A DNA stretch of 64,000 nt from Patescibacteria group bacterium (GTDB lineage: Bacteria; Patescibacteriota; Patescibacteriia; UBA10025; JAHIVO01). Of this stretch, positions 17,030 to 26,946 are shown one piece after another. The notes beneath the pieces are model-generated. The model saw nothing but the letters and a program-made list of their open reading frames with translations. It made no database searches and was not told the DNA's origin. A program made the position numbers and the translations under genes. The stretch's first letter is position 1. The number at the start of each line of letters is the position of its first letter. The stretch covers positions 329,295 through 393,294 of the forward strand of contig JBAZWB010000001.1 of the NCBI GenBank assembly GCA_041660605.1, read 5' to 3'.

Positions 17030-18709
17030 ATGAATCTCAAACTGTATTTGCAAAAAAAACTGGAGAAAACCATCAAGACAGTCTGGCCGGAAACTGCGGA
17101 TAAAAATTTTGAGATTGAAATAAATTATCCGCCTGATATCAAGTTTGGCGAGTACACCAGCAATGTCGCTTTGAAGCTGGCACCCCTGGTACGCCAATCA
17201 GCCATTGAAATCGCCAATCAGATAAAGGATAAAATCGGGAAATTACCGGCTTTTTCCGGGGTAGAAGTGGTTCAACCAGGATTCCTGAATTTTTATCTGG
17301 ACAAAAAATGGCTGGCCAGGCAATTGCCCTTAATACTCATGGAAAAAGAAAAATATGGCCGTAGCGATTTTGGCAGGGGTAAAAAGGTGCAGGTTGAATT
17401 TGTCTCTGCCAACCCCACCGGGCCGATACATGTAGGCAACGGCCGTGGCGGTTTTATGGGCGATGCGCTGGCTAATATTTTGCAGTACGCCGGTTATCGG
17501 GTGCAAAGGGAATATTACGTTAATGACGTCGGTAAGCAGGTGGGCATTTTGGCTGAATCCGTCCTGCGGAGATACTGGCAGCACCAGGGCATTAAAATAG
17601 AATATCCGGAATATTGCTATCAGGGAAAATACATAGAAGAACTGGCGGCCAAGCTATTTCTCCCGAATTACAAATTAAACCACGTGCATAAACTGGAGGA
17701 AGTCCGCGATAAGATAAAGGGGCGGATACTGCAGAAGATGATTGGCAACGTAAAAAGGCTGCTGGAAAAGAAGCTGAAAATAAAATACGACCGCTGGTTT
17801 TCGGAAAAATCCCTTTATAATTCCGGTGAGGTGGACCGGGTCATACAGTTTTTGAAATCCCAGCATTGGCTGTACAAATCCGAGGGTGCTATTTGGCTGA
17901 AAACTAAAGAATTCGGCGATGACAAGGACCGTGTTTTGATAAAGGCTGACGGAGAACCGGTTTATTTTCTTTCGGACATTGCCTATCACTGGAATAAATT
18001 TACTAAAAGGGGATTTGATAAGGTTATTGATATCTGGGGGGCCGACCATCACGGTTATATGGGCAGGATGCAGGCGGCCATGAAGATAATCGGTCACTCG
18101 GGAAAGTTGGATATATTAATAGTTCAGCTGGTGCGGCTCGTCAGCCGCGGCCAAGAAGTCCGTATGTCAAAAAGATCCGGCACTTTTATCACCCTGGAGG
18201 AATTAGTTGATCAGGTTGGCCTGGATGCCGCCAGATTTTTCTTTTTAATGCATGATTTTAATACGCACATGGATTTTGACCTGGACCTGGCCAAGAAAAA
18301 ATCGAAGGATAATCCGGTTTTTTACGTCCAGTATGCCCATGCCAGGATTTGTAGTATAATTAAGAAAGCTAAGATTCTGATACAGGGGAAATCGAAGAAA
18401 AAACTTCATAAAGTAAAATTACCGCCAAGCAATCAGAGTGCAGATCTGGAGCCATCTGAGGTAATATTAATCAAAGAGCTCTTAAAATGGCCGGAACTGG
18501 TGGTGGACATTGCCGGCAACTATCAGGTGAATAAATTGCCTTTTTACGCCATAGACCTGGCCACTAATTTTCACGATTTTTACACCAAATGCCGGGTCAT
18601 TGACGGAGGGAAAGTCAATGAGCGACGTTACCAGATCATCCAGGCGAGCCAAATCGTTTTGCAAAACTGCCTGGCCGCCATGGGCGTAGACGCTCCGGAA
18701 CGGATGTAG
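17030..18709 (+). CDS. argS: Arginyl-tRNA synthetase
   Basis: 559 aa. ANPTGPIHVGNGRGG (class I HIGH-region variant of ArgRS); C-terminal anticodon-binding DALR-type region. Confidence 0.9.
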   Translation: MNLKLYLQKKLEKTIKTVWPETADKNFEIEINYPPDIKFGEYTSNVALKLAPLVRQSAIEIANQIKDKIGKLPAFSGVEVVQPGFLNFYLDKKWLARQLPLILMEKEKYGRSDFGRGKKVQVEFVSANPTGPIHVGNGRGGFMGDALANILQYAGYRVQREYYVNDVGKQVGILAESVLRRYWQHQGIKIEYPEYCYQGKYIEELAAKLFLPNYKLNHVHKLEEVRDKIKGRILQKMIGNVKRLLEKKLKIKYDRWFSEKSLYNSGEVDRVIQFLKSQHWLYKSEGAIWLKTKEFGDDKDRVLIKADGEPVYFLSDIAYHWNKFTKRGFDKVIDIWGADHHGYMGRMQAAMKIIGHSGKLDILIVQLVRLVSRGQEVRMSKRSGTFITLEELVDQVGLDAARFFFLMHDFNTHMDFDLDLAKKKSKDNPVFYVQYAHARICSIIKKAKILIQGKSKKKLHKVKLPPSNQSADLEPSEVILIKELLKWPELVVDIAGNYQVNKLPFYAIDLATNFHDFYTKCRVIDGGKVNERRYQIIQASQIVLQNCLAAMGVDAPERM

Positions 18710-18796
18710 TGAGCATGTAGCGAATGGCATATGGCAAATAGTAAGTTTGTATAAATACCATAAGCTATAAGCCATACGCCATAACCTAATAAACCT

Positions 18797-19933
18797 ATGA
18801 AGATTGGCATTGACTGCCGAACAATATTAAACCCCAAATCAGGCGAGCGCGCCGGTGTTGGTCACTACACGTATTATTTGGTCAAGAATATTATCAAGCA
18901 TGATAAGAAGAACCAATATGTGTTGTTTTTTGACTGGCGCTTCCGCGAGATGAAAGAATTTGAGCGGCCTAATGTCAAGGTAAAAAATTTTCCTTTTTCG
19001 CAGTACAATAAGTTTTTGCCGTTTGCCTATTCGCACATGCTGATTTCCGCCTATCTGATCAAAGAAGGGCTAGATGTTTTTCATTCTCCGATTTCTTCCC
19101 TGCCTTTAATGTACCCAAAAAAATCTATCATTACCGTACATGACCTGGCGATATATAAAAATCCCAGCTGGTTTCCCTCACAGATTTTTTCCACCAAGCT
19201 GTTGGTGCCGCAGAGCCTGCGTAAGGCGGACAGGATTATCGCGGTTTCCGAGAGCACGCGCAGGGACCTGAAAGAAATTTTTAATGTGTCGGCAAAACGG
19301 GTAAAAGTGATTTACGAAGGCACGATGGTTTCCAAAATTCCGGTAAAAAACAAGGCCCTGGACAGCCTGAAGAAATTCAAACTACCCGCAAACTATATTT
19401 TGTTTATTGGCACCCTGGAGTCCCGTAAGAATGTAAACGGCCTGCTGGGAGCATATAAGCAGTTGATTGAAAAAAGCCAAGATTTCCAGAAATATCCGCT
19501 GATAATTGCCGGCGGCCAGGGTTATAAATATGAAGAAGTATTTGATAAAATAAAAGAGTTGAAGCTGTATAAACTGGTCAAATATATCGGTTATGTTACC
19601 CATAATCAGAAGATGGATTTATTAAAAAAGGCCGTCTGCTTTGTTTTCCCTTCGCGCTATGAAGGTTTCGGCCTGCCGGTCCTGGAAGCTATGGCCCTGG
19701 GAACACCGGTCATTACCAGCAACGTATCTTCTTTGCCGGAAGTTGCCGGCAAAGCCGCCCTACTGGTTAATCCGGAAAAAGAGCTGGAGATTGCCAATGC
19801 CCTGAAGAAGCTCCTGGCCAGCAAGAAATTGCGTGATGATTTGCGCCAGAAAGGCTTTCGCCAGGTAAAGCTGTTTACCTGGGAAAAGTGCGCCAGAGAA
19901 ACGATCGCGGTTTATGAAAGCCTGAAAAAATAA
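18797..19933 (+). CDS. Glycosyltransferase family 4 (GT-B fold)
   Basis: 378 aa. C-terminal EGFGLPVLEAMALGTPVITS motif (E-x7-E) typical of GT4. Confidence 0.8.
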   Translation: MKIGIDCRTILNPKSGERAGVGHYTYYLVKNIIKHDKKNQYVLFFDWRFREMKEFERPNVKVKNFPFSQYNKFLPFAYSHMLISAYLIKEGLDVFHSPISSLPLMYPKKSIITVHDLAIYKNPSWFPSQIFSTKLLVPQSLRKADRIIAVSESTRRDLKEIFNVSAKRVKVIYEGTMVSKIPVKNKALDSLKKFKLPANYILFIGTLESRKNVNGLLGAYKQLIEKSQDFQKYPLIIAGGQGYKYEEVFDKIKELKLYKLVKYIGYVTHNQKMDLLKKAVCFVFPSRYEGFGLPVLEAMALGTPVITSNVSSLPEVAGKAALLVNPEKELEIANALKKLLASKKLRDDLRQKGFRQVKLFTWEKCARETIAVYESLKK

Positions 19934-19936
19934 AAT

Positions 19937-20233
19937 ATGTGGTACCAGGAGCGTGATGAGGGAGTAATGCTGTTTGTAAAAATTATCCCCCGTGCCCGGC
20001 GCAATGAGATAGTCGGTCCGCTGGGTGATTTTTTGAAAATAAAAATAGCCGCACCGGCGGAAAGCGGCCGGGCCAATGACGAGCTACTCGGTTATTTAGC
20101 CGATTTATTAGGCGTGGCAAAATCGTCAGTGCGATTGGTGCGCGGCCGGTCTAATCCGCTGAAGCTTATTTTTGTTCCAGCGGGAATTGACCAAGTCAGA
20201 CAGCTGATTCAACCTAGAAAAGCAAAAAAATAG
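19937..20233 (+). CDS. YggU/DUF167-family small protein
   Basis: 98 aa. VKIIPRARRNEIVG...LKIKIAAPAESGRANDELLGYLADLLGVAKSSVRLVRGRSNPLK fits the UPF0235 pattern. Confidence 0.55.
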   Translation: MWYQERDEGVMLFVKIIPRARRNEIVGPLGDFLKIKIAAPAESGRANDELLGYLADLLGVAKSSVRLVRGRSNPLKLIFVPAGIDQVRQLIQPRKAKK

Positions 20234-20242
20234 AGGTCAGGA

Positions 20243-20563
20243 TTACCGACCTCTGCGTGGACGTTTTGTGCGAACGTGGCTTTTTTTCTTTTTGGGCCTG
20301 GTTTTTTGACTCGATGATTTACGCGGGCTGATCGATTTGAAACCAATGCTTTTCAAAAAGATTATAGCATGTTCAATGAGCACAGGTGAGTAGCCGAGGA
20401 GAAACCGAATTAATGTCGTCCTTGACATCCCGCGGCGCCAACGGGCCAGGTCTGAATGTGTCTGTCCGGAATGTTTTGCAGCTTGGCGTAATTGCCTGAG
20501 CACCGACGGCAAACTGGCAGTCAGATCAATTACCGGTAGTGGCTGGGGTTTCTGGTGTTTCAT
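20243..20563 (-). CDS. Hypothetical protein with highly basic C-terminal tail
   Basis: 106 aa, C-terminus KTRPKKKKSHVRTKRPRRGR; weak AGAGGGA SD. No recognised domain. Confidence 0.35.
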   Translation of the reverse strand: MKHQKPQPLPVIDLTASLPSVLRQLRQAAKHSGQTHSDLARWRRGMSRTTLIRFLLGYSPVLIEHAIIFLKSIGFKSISPRKSSSQKTRPKKKKSHVRTKRPRRGR

Positions 20564-20783
20564 GATTTCCCTCTATATTCTATTTTCTTCCAGAAAGGTT
20601 AAATTGATTTAAAAGATTAGCTCTTATATGGTTATTTGTCAATTAAAATTCAGTGTCAACTGCTGTATTAATTTTAATCCAATCATAATTGGGGTATAAA
20701 TTTATGGCTTATTGACAGCCGGTGTTTCAATTGGTATTCTTAAATAATTTCAAAAAGAAAAACAAACACAGCTTTATTGAGAA

Positions 20784-21419
20784 ATGGAGAAAATACTAAT
20801 GGTATTTGGTGGCAAGACGAAAGATAAGGAGATTAAAGCACTGCTCAGTCAGCTCGCTGGTGAGCCGATTGTGAAGTGTGCTGATCTGCTAGACCAATTC
20901 TTCAGCGATGGAGCCAATAGGGAAACACTGCTCCGTGGCATTATTGAGTATGAGCATACGGGGGATCGCCTGGTAGCCAAGACCTACGGACTAATTGACC
21001 AGTCATTTATCACCTGGATTGACAAGCGTGACCTGACTAGTCTTCTGGACGCTTTTGACCAGATTCTTGACCGTATGCGCGAAGCAGCCCAACAGGCAGT
21101 AGTTTATCGCGTTTCAGATCTGACTGAAGCGAAAGAACTCACTGCAATCATTAAAAATATGGTAGTGAAGCTGAAGCCGATGGCCCAGGAACTTGATAAA
21201 CCCAAGATTGAGCCTCTTATTGAACCGGCTGGCGAGCTGCATGATCTAGAACATCGCGCAGATGAGATCCGCTACGCTGGTTTAGAGCGGTTGTACCCAG
21301 TAGGGCATAGCGGGGTCGTGCTGTGCGCCGACCGGATTCTCTGGATTCTTGAGACAGTAACAGACAATTGTGATTTGGCAGCTAAGGTGATGATCAGCAT
21401 TGCCAGGAAAGCCGGATAG
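20784..21419 (+). CDS. DUF47 / PhoU-like phosphate-transport regulator (Pit accessory protein)
   Basis: 211 aa helical protein; typical genomic pairing directly upstream of a PiT-family transporter. Confidence 0.65.
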   Translation: MEKILMVFGGKTKDKEIKALLSQLAGEPIVKCADLLDQFFSDGANRETLLRGIIEYEHTGDRLVAKTYGLIDQSFITWIDKRDLTSLLDAFDQILDRMREAAQQAVVYRVSDLTEAKELTAIIKNMVVKLKPMAQELDKPKIEPLIEPAGELHDLEHRADEIRYAGLERLYPVGHSGVVLCADRILWILETVTDNCDLAAKVMISIARKAG

Positions 21420-21430
21420 GGAGGTTTGCA

Positions 21431-22408
21431 GTGGAAGGATTGATTCTAGTAATAATTCTGATTTTGGGAGCTGAATTTGTAAACGGGTGGACCGATGCGC
21501 CTAATGCTATCGCCACAGTTGTCTCGACCAAAGTGCTCTCCCCGTCACGCGCTGTTTTATTAGCTACCAGCCTGAATATCATTGGCGCGTTCTGTGGTAC
21601 AGCGGTAGCGGCCACGATTGGCAAGAACATCGTGGTTCTCTCGGCTATCAACCTTGAGACTATTGCTGCTGCTTTGGTAAGTATCATTATCTGGAGCTCA
21701 ATCAATGCCAGATGGGGCATACCGACCAGCGAGTCACACGCCTTGGTAGCTGGATTGGCTGGCGCAACGCTGGCAACTGCCGGTCCTGAAGCGCTATTGT
21801 GGCTAGGTTGGAAAAAGGTGCTGATTGGTTTGGTTTTTTCCAGTGTGGTTGGGTTCATTGGCAGCTTGCTGATTGCTAGGTTGATCATCGCCCGATTTGC
21901 CGGAAGCGCTCCGACTAAAACTGGAGTCTGGTTTTCGCGTTTACAGATCGTGTCAGCTGGATTCATGGCGTTTAACCATGGCTCAAACGACGGCCAGAAG
22001 TTTATTGGCGTCTTTGCCATGACTCTGGTGCTGGGCGGCGTTTATGCGGAGTTTACCGTTCCGTTCTGGGTGATTCTGCTCTGCGCTGGCACTATGGGTA
22101 TCGGTACCATGGTCGGCGGCTGGCGGATTATCAAAAAGGTCGGTATGTCTATGGTAGACCTTAAGCCCTGGCAGGGTTTTTGCGCCGAGACAGCAGCCGG
22201 CGCTACCATTATGGCAGCCTCGCACTTTGGGATACCGCTCTCGACGACTCACACTATTACGATGTCGATCGCGGGCGTAGGAGCTTCTCGTCGGATGGAC
22301 AGTGTGCGCTGGGATATTGCCAAAGACATTATCTGGGCCTGGGTACTGACTTTTCCGGTTTGCGGAGCCATTGGCTTCGTTGTGGCCTTGCTCATTAAGC
22401 AGCTTTAG
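21431..22408 (+). CDS. pitA: Inorganic phosphate transporter, PiT family (GTG start)
   Basis: 325 aa polytopic. NGWTDAPNAIATVVSTKVL and second-half GSNDGQK motifs of the PHO4/PiT family. GGAGG SD before the GTG. Confidence 0.8.
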   Translation: MEGLILVIILILGAEFVNGWTDAPNAIATVVSTKVLSPSRAVLLATSLNIIGAFCGTAVAATIGKNIVVLSAINLETIAAALVSIIIWSSINARWGIPTSESHALVAGLAGATLATAGPEALLWLGWKKVLIGLVFSSVVGFIGSLLIARLIIARFAGSAPTKTGVWFSRLQIVSAGFMAFNHGSNDGQKFIGVFAMTLVLGGVYAEFTVPFWVILLCAGTMGIGTMVGGWRIIKKVGMSMVDLKPWQGFCAETAAGATIMAASHFGIPLSTTHTITMSIAGVGASRRMDSVRWDIAKDIIWAWVLTFPVCGAIGFVVALLIKQL

Positions 22409-22586
22409 ACAAAGATTTACGTTACTTAGTGATGTAAACTGCTCTCCATTACCAATTGGTGAAGGAGAGTTTTTATTTTTTAGCGGGCTTCAATTGATTG
22501 ATTTGTTTGCCAAATTTAACATTCCCGGAGCTATTTGTCAATGTTATCAATAATTTTATTAACAAATAGAATATGCTATGATTAGC

Positions 22587-22886
22587 GTTATCAGGTGAGA
22601 GTTAACCTGATAACATCACATATCCCCGAATCGGAGGTATTAGCCGTTATGAAAAAGGCATTGCACCTGGCCATGCTCGCATAGTCCACACCGCAACAAT
22701 TAACCTTAGCAGAGTGAGCTGCCGTTACCTGCTTAAGGGAAAAATATGCACTATGCACCGGGTCCGCATGACCTAATGGCCTGCAATCACATGCACTGGC
22801 AGATTCGTCTGAGGGCAGTAAAATGTCATCTGAACGTCTAAAGATTTTGGGGCAGCCGGTACAACTCTGTGCTGCCCCGTTTTTTA
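22587..22886 (+). ncRNA. Candidate structured non-coding RNA of unknown class, bounded by a perfect 10-bp palindrome hairpin and a rho-independent terminator
   Basis: 5' hairpin GTTATCAGGT-N8-ACCTGATAAC at 22587-22614. 3' terminator GGGGCAGC-N14-GCTGCCCC + T6 at 22849-22886. No convincing ORF. Lies in an 825-bp pitA-ileS spacer. Confidence 0.3.
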
Positions 22887-22910
22887 ATATTTCCTGTCCG
22901 CAACTCCTGA

Positions 22911-23232
22911 TTGACAATTTTTTTATATTGATATAAGTTATTAATGCTCTTTTTTGATCAAGTGAAAAGCTATTCCGGGAGAACGGCCGTGGGCTGCGAA
23001 AGACTTTTGGCTCCTTGGTGTGAGCTAATATACCCCCTCTTGCAGGGCGGTAAGATTAAGATGAGGTAATCTTTGTCTTTCGTTGTTCGGTCCTTTTGAG
23101 GGGGACCGATCGTTATACATGCCTTGTAACTCCATGCCGGCCATCTGTGTTCTCCCGGCTCTTTTTTTACTGAAAATCCAGCAGACTTGCCGTGAACCGG
23201 ATTTTCTAGTACAATATAGATTACAAAATATT
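22911..23232 (+). promoter_or_regulatory. ileS promoter (TTGACA at 22911) and ~300-nt structured leader with terminator-like hairpin
   Basis: -35 TTGACA. Complementary 10-mers CCGGGAGAAC (22976-22985) and GTTCTCCCGG (23149-23158). T9 run at 23160-23168 about 65 nt before the ileS ATG. Confidence 0.3.
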
Positions 23233-26157
23233 ATGACTGAAAAACAGGAAAAAAAGACTAATAAGCCGGATTTTCCTAAACCAGATTTTCCCAAGATGGA
23301 AGAACAGGTGCTGAAGTCATGGGAAAAAGAAAAAATATTCCAGAAGTCGCTGGATAAAAACAAGGGAGGTGAGACCTTTGTTTTTTTTGAAGGTCCGCCG
23401 ACGGCTAACGGCCGGCCGGGCATTCATCACGTGCTGGCTAGGGCTTATAAAGACGTGATACCGCGCTACAAAACCATGCGGGGTTTTTACGTCGAACGCA
23501 AAGCTGGCTGGGACACCCATGGGCTTCCTGTTGAATTGCAGGTAGAAAAAGAACTGAAAATATCGGGCAAGCCGGAGATTGAAAAATTCGGCATTGCTAA
23601 ATTCAACCAGAAATGCAAAGACAGCGTCTGGAAATACAAGAAAGAATGGGAAGAACTGACCAGGCGCATCGGCTTTTGGCTTGATTTGGAGCATCCATAT
23701 ATTACCTATGAAAACGATTATATCGAGTCTTTATGGTGGATTATCAAGCAGATTTGGGACAAGAAATTATTATATAAAGGTTATAAAGTTGTGCCGCATT
23801 GCCCGCGCTGTGGAACGGCCTTATCTTCGCACGAAGTCGCGCAGGGTTATGAATCAGTCGAGGAAAATTCAGTTTATGTAAAGTTCAAAGTCATCGGCGA
23901 AGAGGATACCTATATACTGTCCTGGACAACCACGCCTTGGACCTTGCCGGGCAATGTAGCTTTGGCAGTTGGTGCGGATATTGATTATGTAAAAATCAAG
24001 GTTGAAAAGGAATTTTACATTTTGGCAAAAAGCATAGCGGAAAAATTATTTGAAAAAGTAAAGATTATTGAAGAAAAAAAGGGAACCGTTTTAACGGGAT
24101 TGAAATATGAGCCCTTGTTCCAAATTGCAGCTTTGCAAACTGAAACCTCTTATAGAATATATACGGCGGATTTCGTGAATATTGAAGAGGGAACAGGCGT
24201 CGTGCATACAGCGGTCATGTACGGTGAAGATGACTATCGTTTAGGCGAAAAAGTCGGTTTACCGAAGCACCATACGGTTGATGAAAACGGCAAGTTTACC
24301 GGGGAAGTCGTTAAGTGGGCCGGAAAATTCGTTAAAGATAAGGAAGTGGAGCGGGGCATTGTCGGAGATTTGCGCGAGCGCGGACTTCTGTTGAAAGAAG
24401 AAATGTACCGTCATGATTACCCTTTTTGCTGGCGCTGCGGTACTCCTCTTTTGTACTACGCCAAGGACTCCTGGTTTATAAAAATGAGCGCCCTGAAAAA
24501 CGACTTGATCAAATCAAATAAGAAAGTTCACTGGCATCCCGGTTATATACGCGACGGACGGTTTGGCGAATGGCTGAATGAGCTGAAAGACTGGGCTTTT
24601 TCCCGGGAACGGTATTGGGGCACGCCGCTGCCCATCTGGGAATCGGCAGATGGCGATAAAATTTGCATTGGTTCTCGGGAGGAGCTGAAATCATTGGCGC
24701 AGGATCCGGCGAAAATTTCTGATAAGCTTGATTTGCATCGGCCGTATATTGATGAGGTGGTGCTGGTTAAAAGTGGGAAAGAATACCGACGGGTGAAAGA
24801 AGTGGCTGACGTCTGGTTTGATTCCGGCTCCATGCCGTTCGCCCAATGGCACTATCCGTTTGAAAATAAAGAACGCATTGATCAGGGGGTCAGTTTCCCG
24901 GCTGACTACATTGCCGAGGCGGTTGACCAGACCCGCGGCTGGTTTTATACTCTGCTGGCTGTTTCCAGCTTGCTAGGCAAGGAAGCGCCATATAAGAATG
25001 TCACCTGCCTGGGTCTGATACTGGATGAGAAAGGGCAGAAGATGTCAAAATCCAAAGGCAATATTGTCGATCCATTCAAGATTATAGACAAATACGGAGC
25101 CGATGCTTTGCGCTGGTATTTTTTTACCATCAACCAGCCGGGTGAATCCAAACTGTTCAGCGAAAAGCAGCTGGATGAAATAATAAAGAAAAACTGGCTG
25201 ATTATCTGGAACGTTTTAACGTTTTGGAAAATGTATACCAAAGATTTCAAGCCTGGCAATAAGCCTACCGGGCATGTTCTGGACAAATGGGTGCTGGCTC
25301 AGCTGAATTTACTGGTGGAAAAAGTCACCGAAGATCTGGATAAGTATGAAGTAACTGAGGCAACGCGCGCCATCGGCCAGTTTATCAATTTGCTGTCCAC
25401 CTGGTATTTGCGGCGTTCACGCTCGAGATTCAAGAAAGCTGGCGAAGACAAGGATAATGCCCTGCAAACACTGCAGACGGTTTTAATTACCCTGGCAGAA
25501 TTACTGGCTCCTTTCGTACCCATGATGGCCGAAAGCTTGTTCAAAGAAGTCAACAAAGAGCGCGATCAAAAAAGCGTGCATTTATGCGATTGGCCTGAGC
25601 CTGATAAGTCATTGGCTGATCAGAAATTGATTGAGGCTATGTCGCAGGCGCGCCAGGCGGTGGAAATCGGCCATAGTTTAAGGAAGGATAATAATTTAAA
25701 AGTACGCCAGCCTTTGTCCCAGATGATTATCAAAGGTGCTGTCTTGGGTGATGAGATAATTCAAATCATTAAGGATGAGATGAACGTTCAGGCGGTAGTG
25801 ATGGTAAAAAAGATGCACAGCGGGAAAGAATTTGTCAGCAAATCATCCGGTTCACTGGAGATTGCTCTGGATACCACCATTACTGATGAACTGAAGGAAT
25901 TGGGCATTATCAGAGAATTAGTGCGGCATATCAACGCTATGCGCAAGGACGCCCAGCTGACCATCAATGACACCATTACCCTGTATTATGAAATTGAGAG
26001 CCCGGAAATCAAAGGCATAGTCAAGCATTATAAGAACGATATCTGCCGGGAAACTCTGGCGATAGACTGTTTCGAAGGAATAACTGACAATGTCGATCAG
26101 AAAAAAGTACTGGCCGTGGCTGGATTGAAAGTGCTTTTCGGCTTGAAGAAAAAATAA
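23233..26157 (+). CDS. ileS: Isoleucyl-tRNA synthetase
   Basis: ~975 aa from the internal Met. PPTANGRPGIHH (HIGH-region) and KMSKSKGN motifs. Editing and anticodon-binding regions recognisable. Confidence 0.9.
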   Translation: MTEKQEKKTNKPDFPKPDFPKMEEQVLKSWEKEKIFQKSLDKNKGGETFVFFEGPPTANGRPGIHHVLARAYKDVIPRYKTMRGFYVERKAGWDTHGLPVELQVEKELKISGKPEIEKFGIAKFNQKCKDSVWKYKKEWEELTRRIGFWLDLEHPYITYENDYIESLWWIIKQIWDKKLLYKGYKVVPHCPRCGTALSSHEVAQGYESVEENSVYVKFKVIGEEDTYILSWTTTPWTLPGNVALAVGADIDYVKIKVEKEFYILAKSIAEKLFEKVKIIEEKKGTVLTGLKYEPLFQIAALQTETSYRIYTADFVNIEEGTGVVHTAVMYGEDDYRLGEKVGLPKHHTVDENGKFTGEVVKWAGKFVKDKEVERGIVGDLRERGLLLKEEMYRHDYPFCWRCGTPLLYYAKDSWFIKMSALKNDLIKSNKKVHWHPGYIRDGRFGEWLNELKDWAFSRERYWGTPLPIWESADGDKICIGSREELKSLAQDPAKISDKLDLHRPYIDEVVLVKSGKEYRRVKEVADVWFDSGSMPFAQWHYPFENKERIDQGVSFPADYIAEAVDQTRGWFYTLLAVSSLLGKEAPYKNVTCLGLILDEKGQKMSKSKGNIVDPFKIIDKYGADALRWYFFTINQPGESKLFSEKQLDEIIKKNWLIIWNVLTFWKMYTKDFKPGNKPTGHVLDKWVLAQLNLLVEKVTEDLDKYEVTEATRAIGQFINLLSTWYLRRSRSRFKKAGEDKDNALQTLQTVLITLAELLAPFVPMMAESLFKEVNKERDQKSVHLCDWPEPDKSLADQKLIEAMSQARQAVEIGHSLRKDNNLKVRQPLSQMIIKGAVLGDEIIQIIKDEMNVQAVVMVKKMHSGKEFVSKSSGSLEIALDTTITDELKELGIIRELVRHINAMRKDAQLTINDTITLYYEIESPEIKGIVKHYKNDICRETLAIDCFEGITDNVDQKKVLAVAGLKVLFGLKKK

Positions 26158-26169
26158 ATAAGCCTGTCA

Positions 26170-26919
26170 ATGGGAGACCTAAAAGCCCAAGGAATAATTC
26201 TAAAGCATCGGGATATCCGCGAGGCTGACCGCCAGCTTACCGTCTTCACGGCTGAGCACGGGAAAATCAAGGTTATCGCCAAAGGAGCGCGCAAGGCCGC
26301 CAGCAAGCTGGCTGGGAGCCTGGAACCTTTTATTTTATCCAAATTGACTATCATCAGGGGCCGCAGCCTGGATACGGTTACCGGTTCTTCGGTCCTGAAA
26401 AATTATCGTCACCTGAAGAATGACGTAAAAAAAGTATTTTTAGCCGGCTACATCAGCGAGGTAGTCTGCCGGGCGACTAAAGAGAACCAGCCGGAGCCCC
26501 GTATTTTTGATCTGCTACTGGAGGTTTTTGATTTTCTGGACAGCCATGACGGCCAGAAGAATTACCCCGGCACCTGGTGGTATTTCATCTGGCGTTTTTT
26601 GTCATATCTTGGTTATCATCCGGATTTATTTAATTGCGCGGTGACCAAAAAGAAAATCAGTCCAGGAGCAATATTTTTTTCTGCCCATAAGGGAGGGGTC
26701 ATAAGCGGTCAGTCCGTTTCTATGCCCGGCGGCAGTGCGCCAATCTCCATCGGCGCTTTGAAAATTTTACGCTCAATTTACTCGCAATCCCTGGTGGAAT
26801 TCAAGAAGATCAGGCTGACTCAGCAGCTGATAAAAGAAATTAATTCATTGACCAAGTTTTATCTGAGCTATACCCAGGAAATGGATATTCCAATCAAGGA
26901 TTTTTTAATAGTCGCTTAA
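26170..26919 (+). CDS. recO: DNA repair protein RecO
   Basis: 249 aa. N-terminal OB-fold region (GIILKHRDIREADRQLTVFTAEHGKIKVIAKGARK) typical of RecO. Confidence 0.7.
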   Translation: MGDLKAQGIILKHRDIREADRQLTVFTAEHGKIKVIAKGARKAASKLAGSLEPFILSKLTIIRGRSLDTVTGSSVLKNYRHLKNDVKKVFLAGYISEVVCRATKENQPEPRIFDLLLEVFDFLDSHDGQKNYPGTWWYFIWRFLSYLGYHPDLFNCAVTKKKISPGAIFFSAHKGGVISGQSVSMPGGSAPISIGALKILRSIYSQSLVEFKKIRLTQQLIKEINSLTKFYLSYTQEMDIPIKDFLIVA

Positions 26920-26946
26920 TTTGCTATAATACCTGGTAGCAGATAT

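Noticed and set aside
21394-22020. 208-aa minus-strand ORF overlapping the PiT transporter gene
   Set aside because: Antisense to a confidently identified pitA. Low-complexity Ala/Pro-rich translation typical of a GC-rich antisense frame.
22640-22675. 11-codon ORF MKKALHLAMLA with an upstream GGAGG, considered as a tmRNA tag frame or leader peptide
   Set aside because: The region lacks the tmRNA acceptor/T-arm elements. A much better tmRNA candidate exists next to smpB at 12607-13009, and the SD spacing of 11 nt is poor.
22591-22917. 108-aa minus-strand ORF covering the candidate ncRNA region
   Set aside because: It reads straight through the plus-strand terminator hairpin and the 10-bp palindrome. 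No SD, Cys/Ser-rich noise-like translation. The structured-RNA interpretation fits better.
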